Assembly: GCA_017643845.1 (NCBI GenBank)
Contig: JAEPMR010000008.1
Coordinates: forward strand, 8,811 to 72,810
Direction: 5' to 3'
Length of the DNA: 64,000 bases
Source of the DNA: Marivivens sp.
GTDB lineage: Bacteria; Pseudomonadota; Alphaproteobacteria; Rhodobacterales; Rhodobacteraceae
Position 1 is the stretch's first letter. The number at the start of each line of letters is the position of its first letter. Below are positions 1 to 8,835 of the stretch, piece by piece. The notes beneath the pieces were generated by a model that did no database searches, was not told the origin of the DNA, and saw nothing but the letters and a program-made list of their open reading frames with translations. The position numbers and the translations under genes were made by a program.

Positions 1-509
1 ACCATCCCCACCGCCTGCATCCACGCATAAACAATCGTTGGCCCGCAAAACCGGAAACCGGCTTTCTTCAGGTCTTTTGACATCTGCTCTGACAACGGTG
101 TGTAGGCGGGCACATCTGCCAGCGTCTCCCAGCGGTTCTGGATCGGGGTGCCGTCCACATAATCCCAGCACCATTTCGCGAAATCGTCGATCTCCAGATA
201 GGCGCGTGCGTTGGTGATCGTCGCTTCGATCTTGCCGCGATGCCGGATGATCCCCGCATTACCCAACAGGCGCGACACCTCCACCTCACCCCAACCAGCG
301 ATCACCTCGGGGTGGAAGCCCTCAAACGCCGCGCGGAAATTCTCGCGTTTTTTTAGGATGGTGATCCAGCTCAGCCCCGCCTGAAACCCGTCAAGGATCA
401 GCTTCTCCCACAGCGCGCGGCTGTCCCATTCCGGCACGCCCCACTCACTGTCGTGATAAGCGATGTAGATCGGCTCCGGTCCGGCCCATCCGCAGCGGCT
501 GTCATCCAT
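1..509 (-). CDS. tag: DNA-3-methyladenine glycosylase I (3' end runs off the window)
   Basis: Manual translation, absent from the ORF track: MDDSRCGWAGPEPIYIAYHDSEWGVP...LILDGFQAGLSWITILKKRENFR...GFRFCGPTIVYAWMQAVG, Tag family motifs. Confidence 0.93.
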   Translation of the reverse strand, partial: MDDSRCGWAGPEPIYIAYHDSEWGVPEWDSRALWEKLILDGFQAGLSWITILKKRENFRAAFEGFHPEVIAGWGEVEVSRLLGNAGIIRHRGKIEATITNARAYLEIDDFAKWCWDYVDGTPIQNRWETLADVPAYTPLSEQMSKDLKKAGFRFCGPTIVYAWMQAVGM

Positions 510-596
510 GCTGTTCCCTCCCGCAAAACCACTCCAATTGTTCACAACTCCGGCGGTTTTTACCAGTCATTAGAACCTGCCGCGCAAATTACCTGC

Positions 597-1403
597 ATGA
601 GTTTTCACAACCCGCCAGCCGATCCTCTGGAATATGTCGCCGCCCGGTATGAGGGCGACGTCCCCTCCATGGTCGCCGCGGCGCTCAAGAACGGCCGCGC
701 GCGGCTGGCGGTGCATCCGGTTGTCACCGCCCGCGCCCCTCATCGCATTCTGTATCACGAGGGGCTTGTGCGCCTCCTCGATCCGCGCGGTGGGGTGATC
801 CCTGCGCGCCTATTCGTCGGAACGGTGGAGGAAACATCCCTCGGCCGCGCGCTCGATACCGCCGCCCTGCGCCTCGGCCTCGCCGCCTTGCGCCGCTATC
901 CCTCGCTCGTTTTGTCCCTGAATATGTCCCTGCGCTCCATGGGGGATGGCGACTGGCGCGCCACGCTCGACGCCGCGCTTGATAGCGCCGCAATCGGCCA
1001 CCGCCTGATCTTCGAGGTCGGCACGGCCTCCGCCATGGCCCTGCCGGAGCTGCTCGCCGATCTCATGTCCGTCCTGCGCCCGCGCGGCGTTACCTTCGCG
1101 CTGGATGATTTCGGCACAGCGCCAGTTGATCTCCCGCGCCTCGTCGCCAGTGATTTCGACCTCGTTAAAATTCACCGTAACGTCACCGCTGGCATCACCG
1201 ATTCCCCCGATCAGGAAGTTCAGGCAGAGGTTCTCATTGACATCGCCGATCACCTCGGGATGGAGGTCGTAGCCCAGGGTATCGAAACACCGGATCAGGC
1301 CCGCCTGCTGGCCCGCTTGGGTGCGCAATACCTGCAGGGCTTCCGCTTTGGCGCGCCCAAGCTTCTGTCCCTTGGACCACCGCAGACCGCGCGCCAGCGT
1401 TGA
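597..1403 (+). CDS. Stand-alone EAL-domain protein, degenerate
   Basis: HEGLVRL, LSLNMS, FALDDFG, LVKIH, VVAQGIET, YLQGFRFG. ATG 597 chosen because the longer ORF overlaps tag. Confidence 0.85.
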   Translation: MSFHNPPADPLEYVAARYEGDVPSMVAAALKNGRARLAVHPVVTARAPHRILYHEGLVRLLDPRGGVIPARLFVGTVEETSLGRALDTAALRLGLAALRRYPSLVLSLNMSLRSMGDGDWRATLDAALDSAAIGHRLIFEVGTASAMALPELLADLMSVLRPRGVTFALDDFGTAPVDLPRLVASDFDLVKIHRNVTAGITDSPDQEVQAEVLIDIADHLGMEVVAQGIETPDQARLLARLGAQYLQGFRFGAPKLLSLGPPQTARQR

Positions 1404-1414
1404 CTTCAGCGCAA

Positions 1415-1429
1415 TGCTGCAATGCAGCA
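1415..1429. promoter_or_regulatory. Putative PhaR operator upstream of phaA
   Basis: Palindrome TGCTGC-AAT-GCAGCA fits the CTGC-N3/4-GCAG PhaR-type motif, ~140 bp before phaA. Confidence 0.55.
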
Positions 1430-1565
1430 AAATCTTGCCGCATTTGCACAATTATGTTGCGATATTGGCCCTCTGCCCCTACAACACCCCTCAATTGCGG
1501 GGAGAGTCCCGCCCAGCGGCTCTCTCGCCTGCGGTCCAGATCGCATGAGAAAAGAGGAGTCCCTC

Positions 1566-2741
1566 ATGACCAATGTCGTAATCGCTTCCGCCGCACGGAC
1601 TGCCGTCGGCAGCTTCGGTGGTTCTTTCGCCAACACCCCCGCGCATGACCTCGGCGCCGCCGTGATCGAGGCCGTCGTCGCCCGTGCTGGCGTTGATAAA
1701 TCCGAGGTGAGCGAAACGATCCTCGGTCAGGTGCTCACCGCCGCTCAGGGTCAGAACCCGGCGCGTCAGGCCCATATCAACGCCGGCCTGCCGAAAGAAT
1801 CCTCCGCATGGGTTATCAATCAGGTCTGCGGCTCCGGTCTGCGCACCGTGATGCTCGGCGCCCAGCACATCATGCTGGGCGATGCCTCCATCGTCGTCGC
1901 TGGCGGTCAGGAAAACATGACCCTCTCGCCCCACGCCGCGCACCTCCGCGCCGGTCACAAAATGGGCGATATGAAATACATCGACACCATGATCCGTGAC
2001 GGTCTCTGGGACGCCTTTAACGGCTACCACATGGGCCAGACGGCAGAGAACGTCGCCGAACAGTGGCAGATCAGCCGCGAGCAGCAGGACGAATTCGCCC
2101 TTGCGTCCCAGAACAAAGCCGAAGCCGCACAAAAGGCTGGCAAGTTCATTGACGAAATCGTCCCCTTCATCGTGAAGACCCGCAAGGGCGACATCACCGT
2201 CGATCAGGATGAATACATCCGTCACGGCGCGACCATCGAGAGCATGCAGAAGCTCCGCCCTGCCTTCACCAAAGACGGCTCCGTCACCGCAGGCAACGCG
2301 TCCGGCATCAACGACGGCGCAGCTGCCACCCTCCTGATGTCCGCTGACGAGGCCGAAAAGCGCGGCATCGAGCCGCTCGCCCGCATCGCTTCCTACGCGA
2401 CCGCAGGTCTTGATCCGTCGATCATGGGCGTTGGCCCGATCCACGCCTCCAAAAAGGCGCTGGAAAAAGCAGGCTGGTCCGCTTCCGATCTCGATCTCGT
2501 TGAAGCAAACGAAGCCTTCGCCGCTCAGGCTTGTGCCGTGAACAAGGACATGGGCTGGGATCCGTCCATCGTGAACGTCAACGGCGGCGCCATCGCCATC
2601 GGCCACCCGATCGGCGCATCCGGCAACCGCGTCCTGAACACGCTGCTGTTCGAAATGAAGCGTCGCGACGCCAAGAAAGGCCTCGCCACGCTCTGCATCG
2701 GCGGCGGCATGGGCGTCGCGCTCTGCGTCGAGCGCCCGTAA
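1566..2741 (+). CDS. phaA: Acetyl-CoA acetyltransferase (beta-ketothiolase)
   Basis: [39 protein letters not shown]; SD GAGGAG. Confidence 0.96.
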   Translation: MTNVVIASAARTAVGSFGGSFANTPAHDLGAAVIEAVVARAGVDKSEVSETILGQVLTAAQGQNPARQAHINAGLPKESSAWVINQVCGSGLRTVMLGAQHIMLGDASIVVAGGQENMTLSPHAAHLRAGHKMGDMKYIDTMIRDGLWDAFNGYHMGQTAENVAEQWQISREQQDEFALASQNKAEAAQKAGKFIDEIVPFIVKTRKGDITVDQDEYIRHGATIESMQKLRPAFTKDGSVTAGNASGINDGAAATLLMSADEAEKRGIEPLARIASYATAGLDPSIMGVGPIHASKKALEKAGWSASDLDLVEANEAFAAQACAVNKDMGWDPSIVNVNGGAIAIGHPIGASGNRVLNTLLFEMKRRDAKKGLATLCIGGGMGVALCVERP

Positions 2742-2763
2742 GCGGCAAATCTGAACCGAATAA

Positions 2764-2799
2764 TGCGGCGGCGCAGCGAAACATTGTTGCGCCGCCGTA
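2764..2799. other. Intergenic stem-loop between phaA and phaB
   Basis: cggcggcgca...tgcgccgccg inverted repeat with no U-tract; possible mRNA stability element. Confidence 0.5.
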
Positions 2800-2847
2800 T
2801 ACGTTAATGTAGCAAGATTGCGCACAGAAATTCGAAGGAGAATCGAT

Positions 2848-3570
2848 ATGTCCCGCGTTGCACTGGTCACCGGAGGCTCTCGTGGCATCGGCGCCGCCAT
2901 TTCCAAGGCTTTGAAAGCCGAAGGTTACACCGTCGCCGCCACCTATGCCGGCAATGACGAAGCCGCCGCCGCGTTTACCGCAGAGACCGGCATCAAAACC
3001 TACAAATGGAACGTGGGCAGCTACGACGAATCCAAAGCTGGTATCGAGAAAGTCGAAGCCGAGCTTGGCCCGATCGAGATCGTCGTCGCCAACGCGGGCA
3101 TCACCCGCGACGCACCCTTCCACAAGATGACGCCCGAGCAGTGGCATCAGGTGATCGACACTAACCTCACCGGCGTGTTCAACACCATCCACCCGATCTG
3201 GCCCGGTATGCGCGAGCGCAAGTTCGGCCGCGTCATCGTCATCTCCTCGATCAACGGTCAGAAAGGTCAGTTTGCTCAGGTGAACTATGCCGCCACCAAA
3301 GCTGGCGACCTCGGCATCGTGAAGTCGCTCGCACAGGAAGGCGCCCGCGCTGGCATCACCGCCAACGCAATCTGCCCCGGCTACATCGCGACAGAAATGG
3401 TTATGGCGGTGCCGGAGAAAGTCCGCGAGTCGATCATCGGTCAGATCCCTGCCGGACGCCTCGGCGAGCCGGAAGAGATCGCCCGCTGCGTGGCCTTCCT
3501 TGCCTCTGACGATTCCGGCTTCATCAACGGTTCGACGATCTCCGCCAACGGCGCCCAGTTCTTCGTCTGA
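2848..3570 (+). CDS. phaB: Acetoacetyl-CoA reductase
   Basis: SDR motifs TGGSRGIG, NAGITRD, SSINGQKGQFAQVNYAATK; follows phaA. Confidence 0.96.
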   Translation: MSRVALVTGGSRGIGAAISKALKAEGYTVAATYAGNDEAAAAFTAETGIKTYKWNVGSYDESKAGIEKVEAELGPIEIVVANAGITRDAPFHKMTPEQWHQVIDTNLTGVFNTIHPIWPGMRERKFGRVIVISSINGQKGQFAQVNYAATKAGDLGIVKSLAQEGARAGITANAICPGYIATEMVMAVPEKVRESIIGQIPAGRLGEPEEIARCVAFLASDDSGFINGSTISANGAQFFV

Positions 3571-3593
3571 TCCGGTCCTGATAGCCGCATTTT

Positions 3594-3628
3594 ACGGCCA
3601 GTCCCTCGGGGCTGGCCGTTTTCGTTTT
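3594..3628 (+). terminator. Rho-independent terminator of phaAB
   Basis: acggccagtccc-tc-ggggctggccgt followed by tttcgtttt. Confidence 0.8.
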
Positions 3629-3662
3629 CATAACTTTGTCGGTGCTAAAAATTAACGACTCA

Positions 3663-3752
3663 GTAATTTTTCTGCGGGTGCGATATGCATAGAATGTGCA
3701 TCACTTGTGCATGGATTGTGCATCCTGTTTTTCGCCCCGTATTTTGCGCGTG
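3663..3752 (-). repeat. Dispersed ~85-bp element with four 11-bp ATGCA(C/T) units, copy 1
   Basis: Minus strand reads ATGCACAATCC ATGCACAAGTG ATGCACATTCT ATGCATATCGC ACCCGCAGAAA; homologous to 25378-25468. Confidence 0.85.
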
Positions 3753-3760
3753 CGGCATGT

Positions 3761-3787
3761 AAAAAGGCCGGTCAAATTGACCGGCCT
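3761..3787 (-). terminator. Rho-independent terminator of the DUF465 gene
   Basis: aaaaaggccggtca-aat-tgaccggcct; A-run on + is a U-tract on -. Confidence 0.8.
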
Positions 3788-3829
3788 GCGCACCCTTGAA
3801 CGGGGTCGATATCAGAGTTTTCCAGGCGT

Positions 3830-3997
3830 CTAGTGGGTACTGAGCCGTGTGATCTCTTCCTTGAGCTGCAGCTTTTGCTTTTTGAGCTGAGCGATTTGCA
3901 GATCATCAGATGATGGTGATTTCAGTGCCTCTTCCACTGCGTCCGAGAGGTGTTGATGTTTCTTCCTCAGTTCCTCTAGGTGCGAACTTAGGCTCAT
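3830..3997 (-). CDS. Small coiled-coil protein, YdcH/DUF465 family
   Basis: MSLSSHLEELRKKHQHL...IAQLKKQKLQLKEEI; SD GAGGAGG. Confidence 0.85.
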   Translation of the reverse strand: MSLSSHLEELRKKHQHLSDAVEEALKSPSSDDLQIAQLKKQKLQLKEEITRLSTH

Positions 3998-4107
3998 TTC
4001 AATCCTCCTCTTTTGTTGATGTCCTTCCAGTGCAGCACAGAATTTTCGATCTGTCATCTATCCTTCACATTAAAATGCGAAACTCTGCCGAGTGACCGCT
4101 GGGCGCG

Positions 4108-4869
4108 CTAATCAGATTTCATCTCCAATGCGCCGCCATTTCGCAAAATTTCCCTGATTTCAGGCGCATAATCGTCCCCATCGCGCAGATGGGCCGCTCC
4201 TTCATGCAGGATCAGCGGCGGCGACAAATGGAACTTTGCGCGGCCCGATTTTCGCGCTTGCAACAGGAATAAACCCGCCGCTCGCCCCTCACGTGCAGCA
4301 ACGGGGCGAATCACAATCGAACCCAAACGCGCCGCGACCAGACCGATTATTTCGGGCAACCGCTCGATCCTCTGGATCACGGTGAGCGTCCCCTTAGGTC
4401 GCAGGCGGCGCGCGGCGGCGTCGATCCAGTCGGCCATCGCGGTCTCCCCGCCCAGCGCAATATCGCGCCCTTGATCCTGTGACGGCGTGCTCGCCGCACG
4501 GTCGAAATAGGGTGGATTCATCATTACATGGTGAAATGAACGGGCGCGGATCGCCGGCGGTAATTCCCGCAAATCCGCCGTCACCACATCCAGTTTCAAC
4601 CCCGCCCTTTCTGCATTGCGGCATGCCAGTTCGGCGTAAAACGTCTGCATCTCGATTCCCGTCCCTAACAAACCGTTAACGCGAGAGAGCAAACACAGGC
4701 TCGCCACACCCACCCCACAGCCCAGCTCCAGCACGGTTTCACCGGCCCTGGCAGGCACAGCAGCAGCGAGCAGCACAGGGTCCACCCCCGCCCGATAGCC
4801 GTCCTTCGGCTGCAGGATATTGAGGCGGCCGTCGAGGAATCTGTCGTCGGTAAGAGGCGGTTCCGTCAC
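4108..4869 (-). CDS. SAM-dependent N6-adenine methyltransferase (tRNA1(Val) A37 TrmN6/YfiC-like)
   Basis: GYRAGVDPVLLA, VLELGCGVG, MNPPYF. Confidence 0.85.
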   Translation of the reverse strand: MTEPPLTDDRFLDGRLNILQPKDGYRAGVDPVLLAAAVPARAGETVLELGCGVGVASLCLLSRVNGLLGTGIEMQTFYAELACRNAERAGLKLDVVTADLRELPPAIRARSFHHVMMNPPYFDRAASTPSQDQGRDIALGGETAMADWIDAAARRLRPKGTLTVIQRIERLPEIIGLVAARLGSIVIRPVAAREGRAAGLFLLQARKSGRAKFHLSPPLILHEGAAHLRDGDDYAPEIREILRNGGALEMKSD

Positions 4870-5081
4870 TGGCCGGTATCTATCTCATGCTCCTTCAGGA
4901 TCGCCGTCGCGGTAAAGTGATCCTGATCGCGCACCATGATCCGTCGGGGCAAAATTCCGATGCTTCCTTCGAGGACGCTCATATTTACGTCCAATTCGAA
5001 GCAGTCTATACCTTCGCCGTCCAGGATGGCCTTGGCAAAAGCGATGACCGTTATGTCATTTGTGCGCAAAAGCTCTTTCAT
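4866..5081 (-). CDS. DUF2007-type small protein
   Basis: MKELLRTND...DVNMSVLEGSIGILPRRIMV; 4-bp overlap with the methyltransferase. Confidence 0.8.
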   Translation of the reverse strand: MKELLRTNDITVIAFAKAILDGEGIDCFELDVNMSVLEGSIGILPRRIMVRDQDHFTATAILKEHEIDTGQ

Positions 5082-5135
5082 ATCCTAGACCTAAGGCGCT
5101 ATTCCGCCTTTGTCCATTCACACGACGGAATACCC

Positions 5136-6134
5136 ATGAGCCTCGACGCGTCCGCCCCCAAACCCCACGAGAGACTGGCCACAGCGCTCGGGTCCGATAT
5201 GGCTCTGGTCAATGATATGATCCGTCAGCGCATGGCCTCCGAACACGCACCGCGCATCCCCCAGGTGACCGCCCATCTGATAGAGGCCGGCGGCAAGCGC
5301 CTTCGCCCGATGCTGACCCTCGCAGCCGCCCGCATGTGCGGCTATGATGGTCCCTATCACATCCATCTCGCCGCGACGGTCGAGTTCATCCATACCGCAA
5401 CGCTCCTGCATGACGATGTGGTAGATCAAAGCGAGCAGCGCCGTGGCCGCCCCACCGCCAATCTCCTGTGGGACAACACCAGCAGCGTTCTCGTCGGGGA
5501 TTACCTCTTTGCCCGCTCGTTCCAGCTGATGGTCGAACCCGGCTCACTGCGCGTGCTCGACATCCTCGCCAATGCCGCCGCCACGATTGCCGAAGGCGAG
5601 GTGCTCCAGCTCACCGCTGCACAGGATTTGTCAACGACTGAGGAAACCTATCTAAAGGTCGTTCGCGGCAAGACAGCCGCTCTCTTTTCCGCCGCAACTG
5701 AGGTCGGCGGCGTCATCGCGGGTGTCGAAGAGGCGCAGATCAAGGCGCTCTATGCCTATGGCGACGCACTCGGGATTGCCTTCCAGATGGTCGATGACGT
5801 GATTGACTACGGCGACCCAGAGGTCACGGGCAAAAATGCAGGCGATGATTTCCGAGAGCGAAAGCTGACCCTGCCGCTGATCAAAGCTCTTGCCCACGCC
5901 ACTCCCGAAGAGCGCGTCTTCTGGGACCGCACGATTGCGAAAGGCAAACAGGAAGACGGAGATCTTGATCAGGTGTTCGCCATACTTGCCCGCACCGGCG
6001 CGTTGGAGGCCGTTACGGCCGAGGCGCTCGGTTGGGCGTCAAAGGCGAAGTCCGCACTGGAAGATCTCCCCGATCACCCGATCCGCCACATGCTCGCTGA
6101 TCTGGCAGATTACGTCGTGTCCCGCATCAGCTAA
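5136..6134 (+). CDS. ispB: Long-chain polyprenyl (deca/octaprenyl) diphosphate synthase
   Basis: GGKRLRP, LLHDDVVD...RRG, FQMVDDVID. Confidence 0.92.
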   Translation: MSLDASAPKPHERLATALGSDMALVNDMIRQRMASEHAPRIPQVTAHLIEAGGKRLRPMLTLAAARMCGYDGPYHIHLAATVEFIHTATLLHDDVVDQSEQRRGRPTANLLWDNTSSVLVGDYLFARSFQLMVEPGSLRVLDILANAAATIAEGEVLQLTAAQDLSTTEETYLKVVRGKTAALFSAATEVGGVIAGVEEAQIKALYAYGDALGIAFQMVDDVIDYGDPEVTGKNAGDDFRERKLTLPLIKALAHATPEERVFWDRTIAKGKQEDGDLDQVFAILARTGALEAVTAEALGWASKAKSALEDLPDHPIRHMLADLADYVVSRIS

Positions 6135-6985
6135 CGTGCCATTGGCGCTGCCGTGATCCACCAGTCGAAATGCTCGGCCTGAAGCGCAGACGCTGCGGCC
6201 CGTGCAGCGTCCATGTCGTGGCAAACCCCCACGCAGGTCGCGCCGGAGCCTGACATGACAGCCGCGTGAATCGCATCCTGTCCGTTCAGTGCCGCCAGTA
6301 CGTCGCGGATCACGGGCGCGATCTCGCAAGCGGCGTCCGTCATGTCATTGCGCTGCGCGGCGACCCAGTCGACGAAGCCCGGATAGTCGATGCCCTCCGG
6401 CACGCGCCGCATGGCGGGGTTATGCTTGCGCCGCATCCGTGAAAATATCTCGCCGGTCGGTACGATCACTCTCGGGTTCACCAAGACCAACGCAGCATCG
6501 GGCAGGTGGTGCAGCGGGGTCAGAACGTCACCGATCCCTTCCATCCGATGCGGAACGGGCGCGCCCATGCAGACCGGGACATCGGCACCCAGCGCCAGTG
6601 CATCCGAGGCGGGCAGCGGCGGAACATCCCACAGCTCCGCCAGTGCCGATAGTGCCGCCGCCGCGTCCGCCGACCCACCGCCAATCCCCGCGCCGTGCGG
6701 CAGGTTTTTCTCAAGCTGTATCTCCGCACCGGCCTCGATGCGGTGAGCGCGCCTCAATGCCTCGGCGGCACGCAAGACGATGTTGCCGTGATCGCACGGC
6801 ACCCCGTCTGAAAATGGCCCGCTGACATCCAGCGTCAGCGTCTCTGAGGGTCGGACCCTGATCCGGTCTCCAAACTCCGCAAACACCACCAGACTGTCGA
6901 GAAGGTGATACCCGTCTTCCCGCTGGCCGGTCACATGCAGCGTCAGATTGATCTTCGCCCGTGCGAGCCGCTCAATCGGCGTCAT
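6131..6985 (-). CDS. ispE: 4-diphosphocytidyl-2-C-methyl-D-erythritol kinase
   Basis: AKINLTLHVTG, KNLPHGAGIGGGSADAAA, GADVPVC, MSGSGAT. Confidence 0.95.
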   Translation of the reverse strand: MTPIERLARAKINLTLHVTGQREDGYHLLDSLVVFAEFGDRIRVRPSETLTLDVSGPFSDGVPCDHGNIVLRAAEALRRAHRIEAGAEIQLEKNLPHGAGIGGGSADAAAALSALAELWDVPPLPASDALALGADVPVCMGAPVPHRMEGIGDVLTPLHHLPDAALVLVNPRVIVPTGEIFSRMRRKHNPAMRRVPEGIDYPGFVDWVAAQRNDMTDAACEIAPVIRDVLAALNGQDAIHAAVMSGSGATCVGVCHDMDAARAAASALQAEHFDWWITAAPMAR

Positions 6986-8672
6986 CGCCCCGCTCCAACG
7001 GGTCCGCGCCTTCCTCGGCCAGAACTGCGTCCAGCCCCACTTCCAGCTTGCGCCGGATGCGGTCGGCCTCCGCCTCCTCCGGTTCAAAGGACAGCGCCCG
7101 CCGCCATTGGAACTGAGCCTCTATCTCGCGCCCCACGGCCCAAAGCGCATCGCCCAGATGATCGGTGATGATCGGATCAACAGGCTCCAATTCCGCCGCG
7201 CGTTCGAGGTTCTTGACCGCCTCGTCATAGCGGCCCAGCCGGAATTGCGCCCATCCAAGGCTGTCAACGATTGCACCGCTCTGCGGCCGCTCTGCGACAG
7301 CGGTCTCGATCATACCCAAGGCCTCTTCCAGATTGGTCTGCTTTTCCACCAGTGAGTAGCCCAGATAATTCAGCACAGACGGATGATCCGGGTTCAGGTC
7401 TAACGATGCTCTGAAATCGGCCTCTGCTTCCGGCCACTTCCCCTGCCGCTCGCGCGTGATCCCGCGCGTGTAGAGCACGAACCACTTTGATGGATGGTCC
7501 CCCTCGAATTGTTCCAACGCCCTGCTGTAAGCCATTTCCGCTTCGGCCATCTGATCGTCCCAGCGTAGAGCATCCCCAAGCGCTGCCTGCACCAGTGCCC
7601 GTTCGGGGAAGGTCGCGGCGAGTTCGGTGAGCGCCGTAATCCCGGCCTCCGCCTCTCCACTCCGCCGCAGCGCTTCGGCCCGTGCCATCTGCGCTTCGGC
7701 AAAGGTTGGATTGTTTTCCGGGACCTTCTCGTAGGCGGCAATAGCCAGCGCGTAGCGGTCCAGCCGTTCCAGATACTGCGCCGCCAGCGTGATCGCATGG
7801 ACATGATCCGGCCAGATCGCCTCCGCGCCACGGGCATAGATCAGGCCAACAGCCGGATCGTTTTCGTCCTGCAACACGGCACTTACATTGAACAGCACCT
7901 CCGCGATGCCCTCTTTGGCGTTACGTGCAAAACTGCGCGGCAATGTCTCACCGGCCTCCAGCGCCGCACGCATCTCCACAAACACCTGCTCGGGATTGCT
8001 TCCCAGCATCCCGTCAATCATAGCAATCGCCGCGTCGGTGCGTCCTAGCTGACTGAGAATTTCCGCATGCGCCTGAACCGAACGCAGCGTCGGCTGCATG
8101 CCCTCGCTTGCGGGTAAGGCGAAAATTGCCTCCGCACCTTCCAGATCGCCGACTGCAGCCAGTGCCAAAGCCTTGTGATACAATCCATAGGACCGCAGGC
8201 CCCGCGCCGCGATCACGTCGTCAAACGCTTCAACAGAGCGTTGCACACGGCCCTCGCCATAAAGCGCCCATGCCTGCATCAGCCCGTCCACCAGAGATCC
8301 CGCCGTGCGACCGCTTTCGAGGAGGGCAAATAGATCGTCCCAGCGTTCGTTGAGTGTGGCATCGACCATCAAGGTGATTGTCGCGATCTGGCTGACCTGC
8401 CCGCTCTCATCCAGACGCTGCGCAAACGGCACCGCTTCCTCCCAAGCACCCATACCAATGGCTGCCTGAATGCGTGCTTCCAACAGTCGCGGGTTATAGG
8501 GCTCTTCATCCAGCGCACGGTCAAGGTAGCGTTGCGCATCCTCGAAGGCATAGGCGCTGCTTGAAGCTTGCGCTGCCAGATAAGCACCCGCATCGGCTCT
8601 GAGTGCGGATGGTGCGGCAGTCGTCGTTCCAATCGCCACAAAGGCGGCAAGTCCCAGTTGGATCAAACGCAC
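6972..8672 (-). CDS. Exported TPR-repeat protein
   Basis: Signal peptide, TPR repeats, VLNYLGYSL and IVDSLGW motifs; directly upstream of ispE. Confidence 0.88.
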   Translation of the reverse strand: MRLIQLGLAAFVAIGTTTAAPSALRADAGAYLAAQASSSAYAFEDAQRYLDRALDEEPYNPRLLEARIQAAIGMGAWEEAVPFAQRLDESGQVSQIATITLMVDATLNERWDDLFALLESGRTAGSLVDGLMQAWALYGEGRVQRSVEAFDDVIAARGLRSYGLYHKALALAAVGDLEGAEAIFALPASEGMQPTLRSVQAHAEILSQLGRTDAAIAMIDGMLGSNPEQVFVEMRAALEAGETLPRSFARNAKEGIAEVLFNVSAVLQDENDPAVGLIYARGAEAIWPDHVHAITLAAQYLERLDRYALAIAAYEKVPENNPTFAEAQMARAEALRRSGEAEAGITALTELAATFPERALVQAALGDALRWDDQMAEAEMAYSRALEQFEGDHPSKWFVLYTRGITRERQGKWPEAEADFRASLDLNPDHPSVLNYLGYSLVEKQTNLEEALGMIETAVAERPQSGAIVDSLGWAQFRLGRYDEAVKNLERAAELEPVDPIITDHLGDALWAVGREIEAQFQWRRALSFEPEEAEADRIRRKLEVGLDAVLAEEGADPLERGDDAD

Positions 8673-8781
8673 GGTTCAATTCCTTTTTACCTTTTCCCTC
8701 TTACCTAGAACCCTCGGCAGCTTACCGCAATGTGAACACTCGCTTGTGATCGGATTTCGCACTTTAAACGGCCAAAACAAC

Positions 8782-8805
8782 AAAAGGGCCGCACAATGGC
8801 GGCCC
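8782..8805 (-). terminator. Terminator after ETF-QO
   Basis: aaaagggccgc-acaatg-gcggccc. Confidence 0.7.
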
Positions 8806-8810
8806 AAAGC

Positions 8811-8826
8811 TTAATTTCCGGTTAAC
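8811..8826. promoter_or_regulatory. CtrA-box match
   Basis: TTAA-TTTCCGG-TTAAC, full TTAA-N7-TTAAC consensus. Confidence 0.45.
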
Positions 8827-8835
8827 GGCAGCCCG

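Noticed and set aside
1491-2906. 471-aa antisense ORF over phaA, and similar long shadow ORFs over cbiX, smc, cobN, gshA and the acyl-CoA dehydrogenase
   Set aside because: Expected from high-GC codon bias; no motifs, and each fully overlaps a well-supported gene
3663-3752. 11-bp repeats as a CRISPR array or PhaR operator
   Set aside because: No spacers or cas genes; copy 1 is downstream of phaB and copy 2 is inside the cob operon
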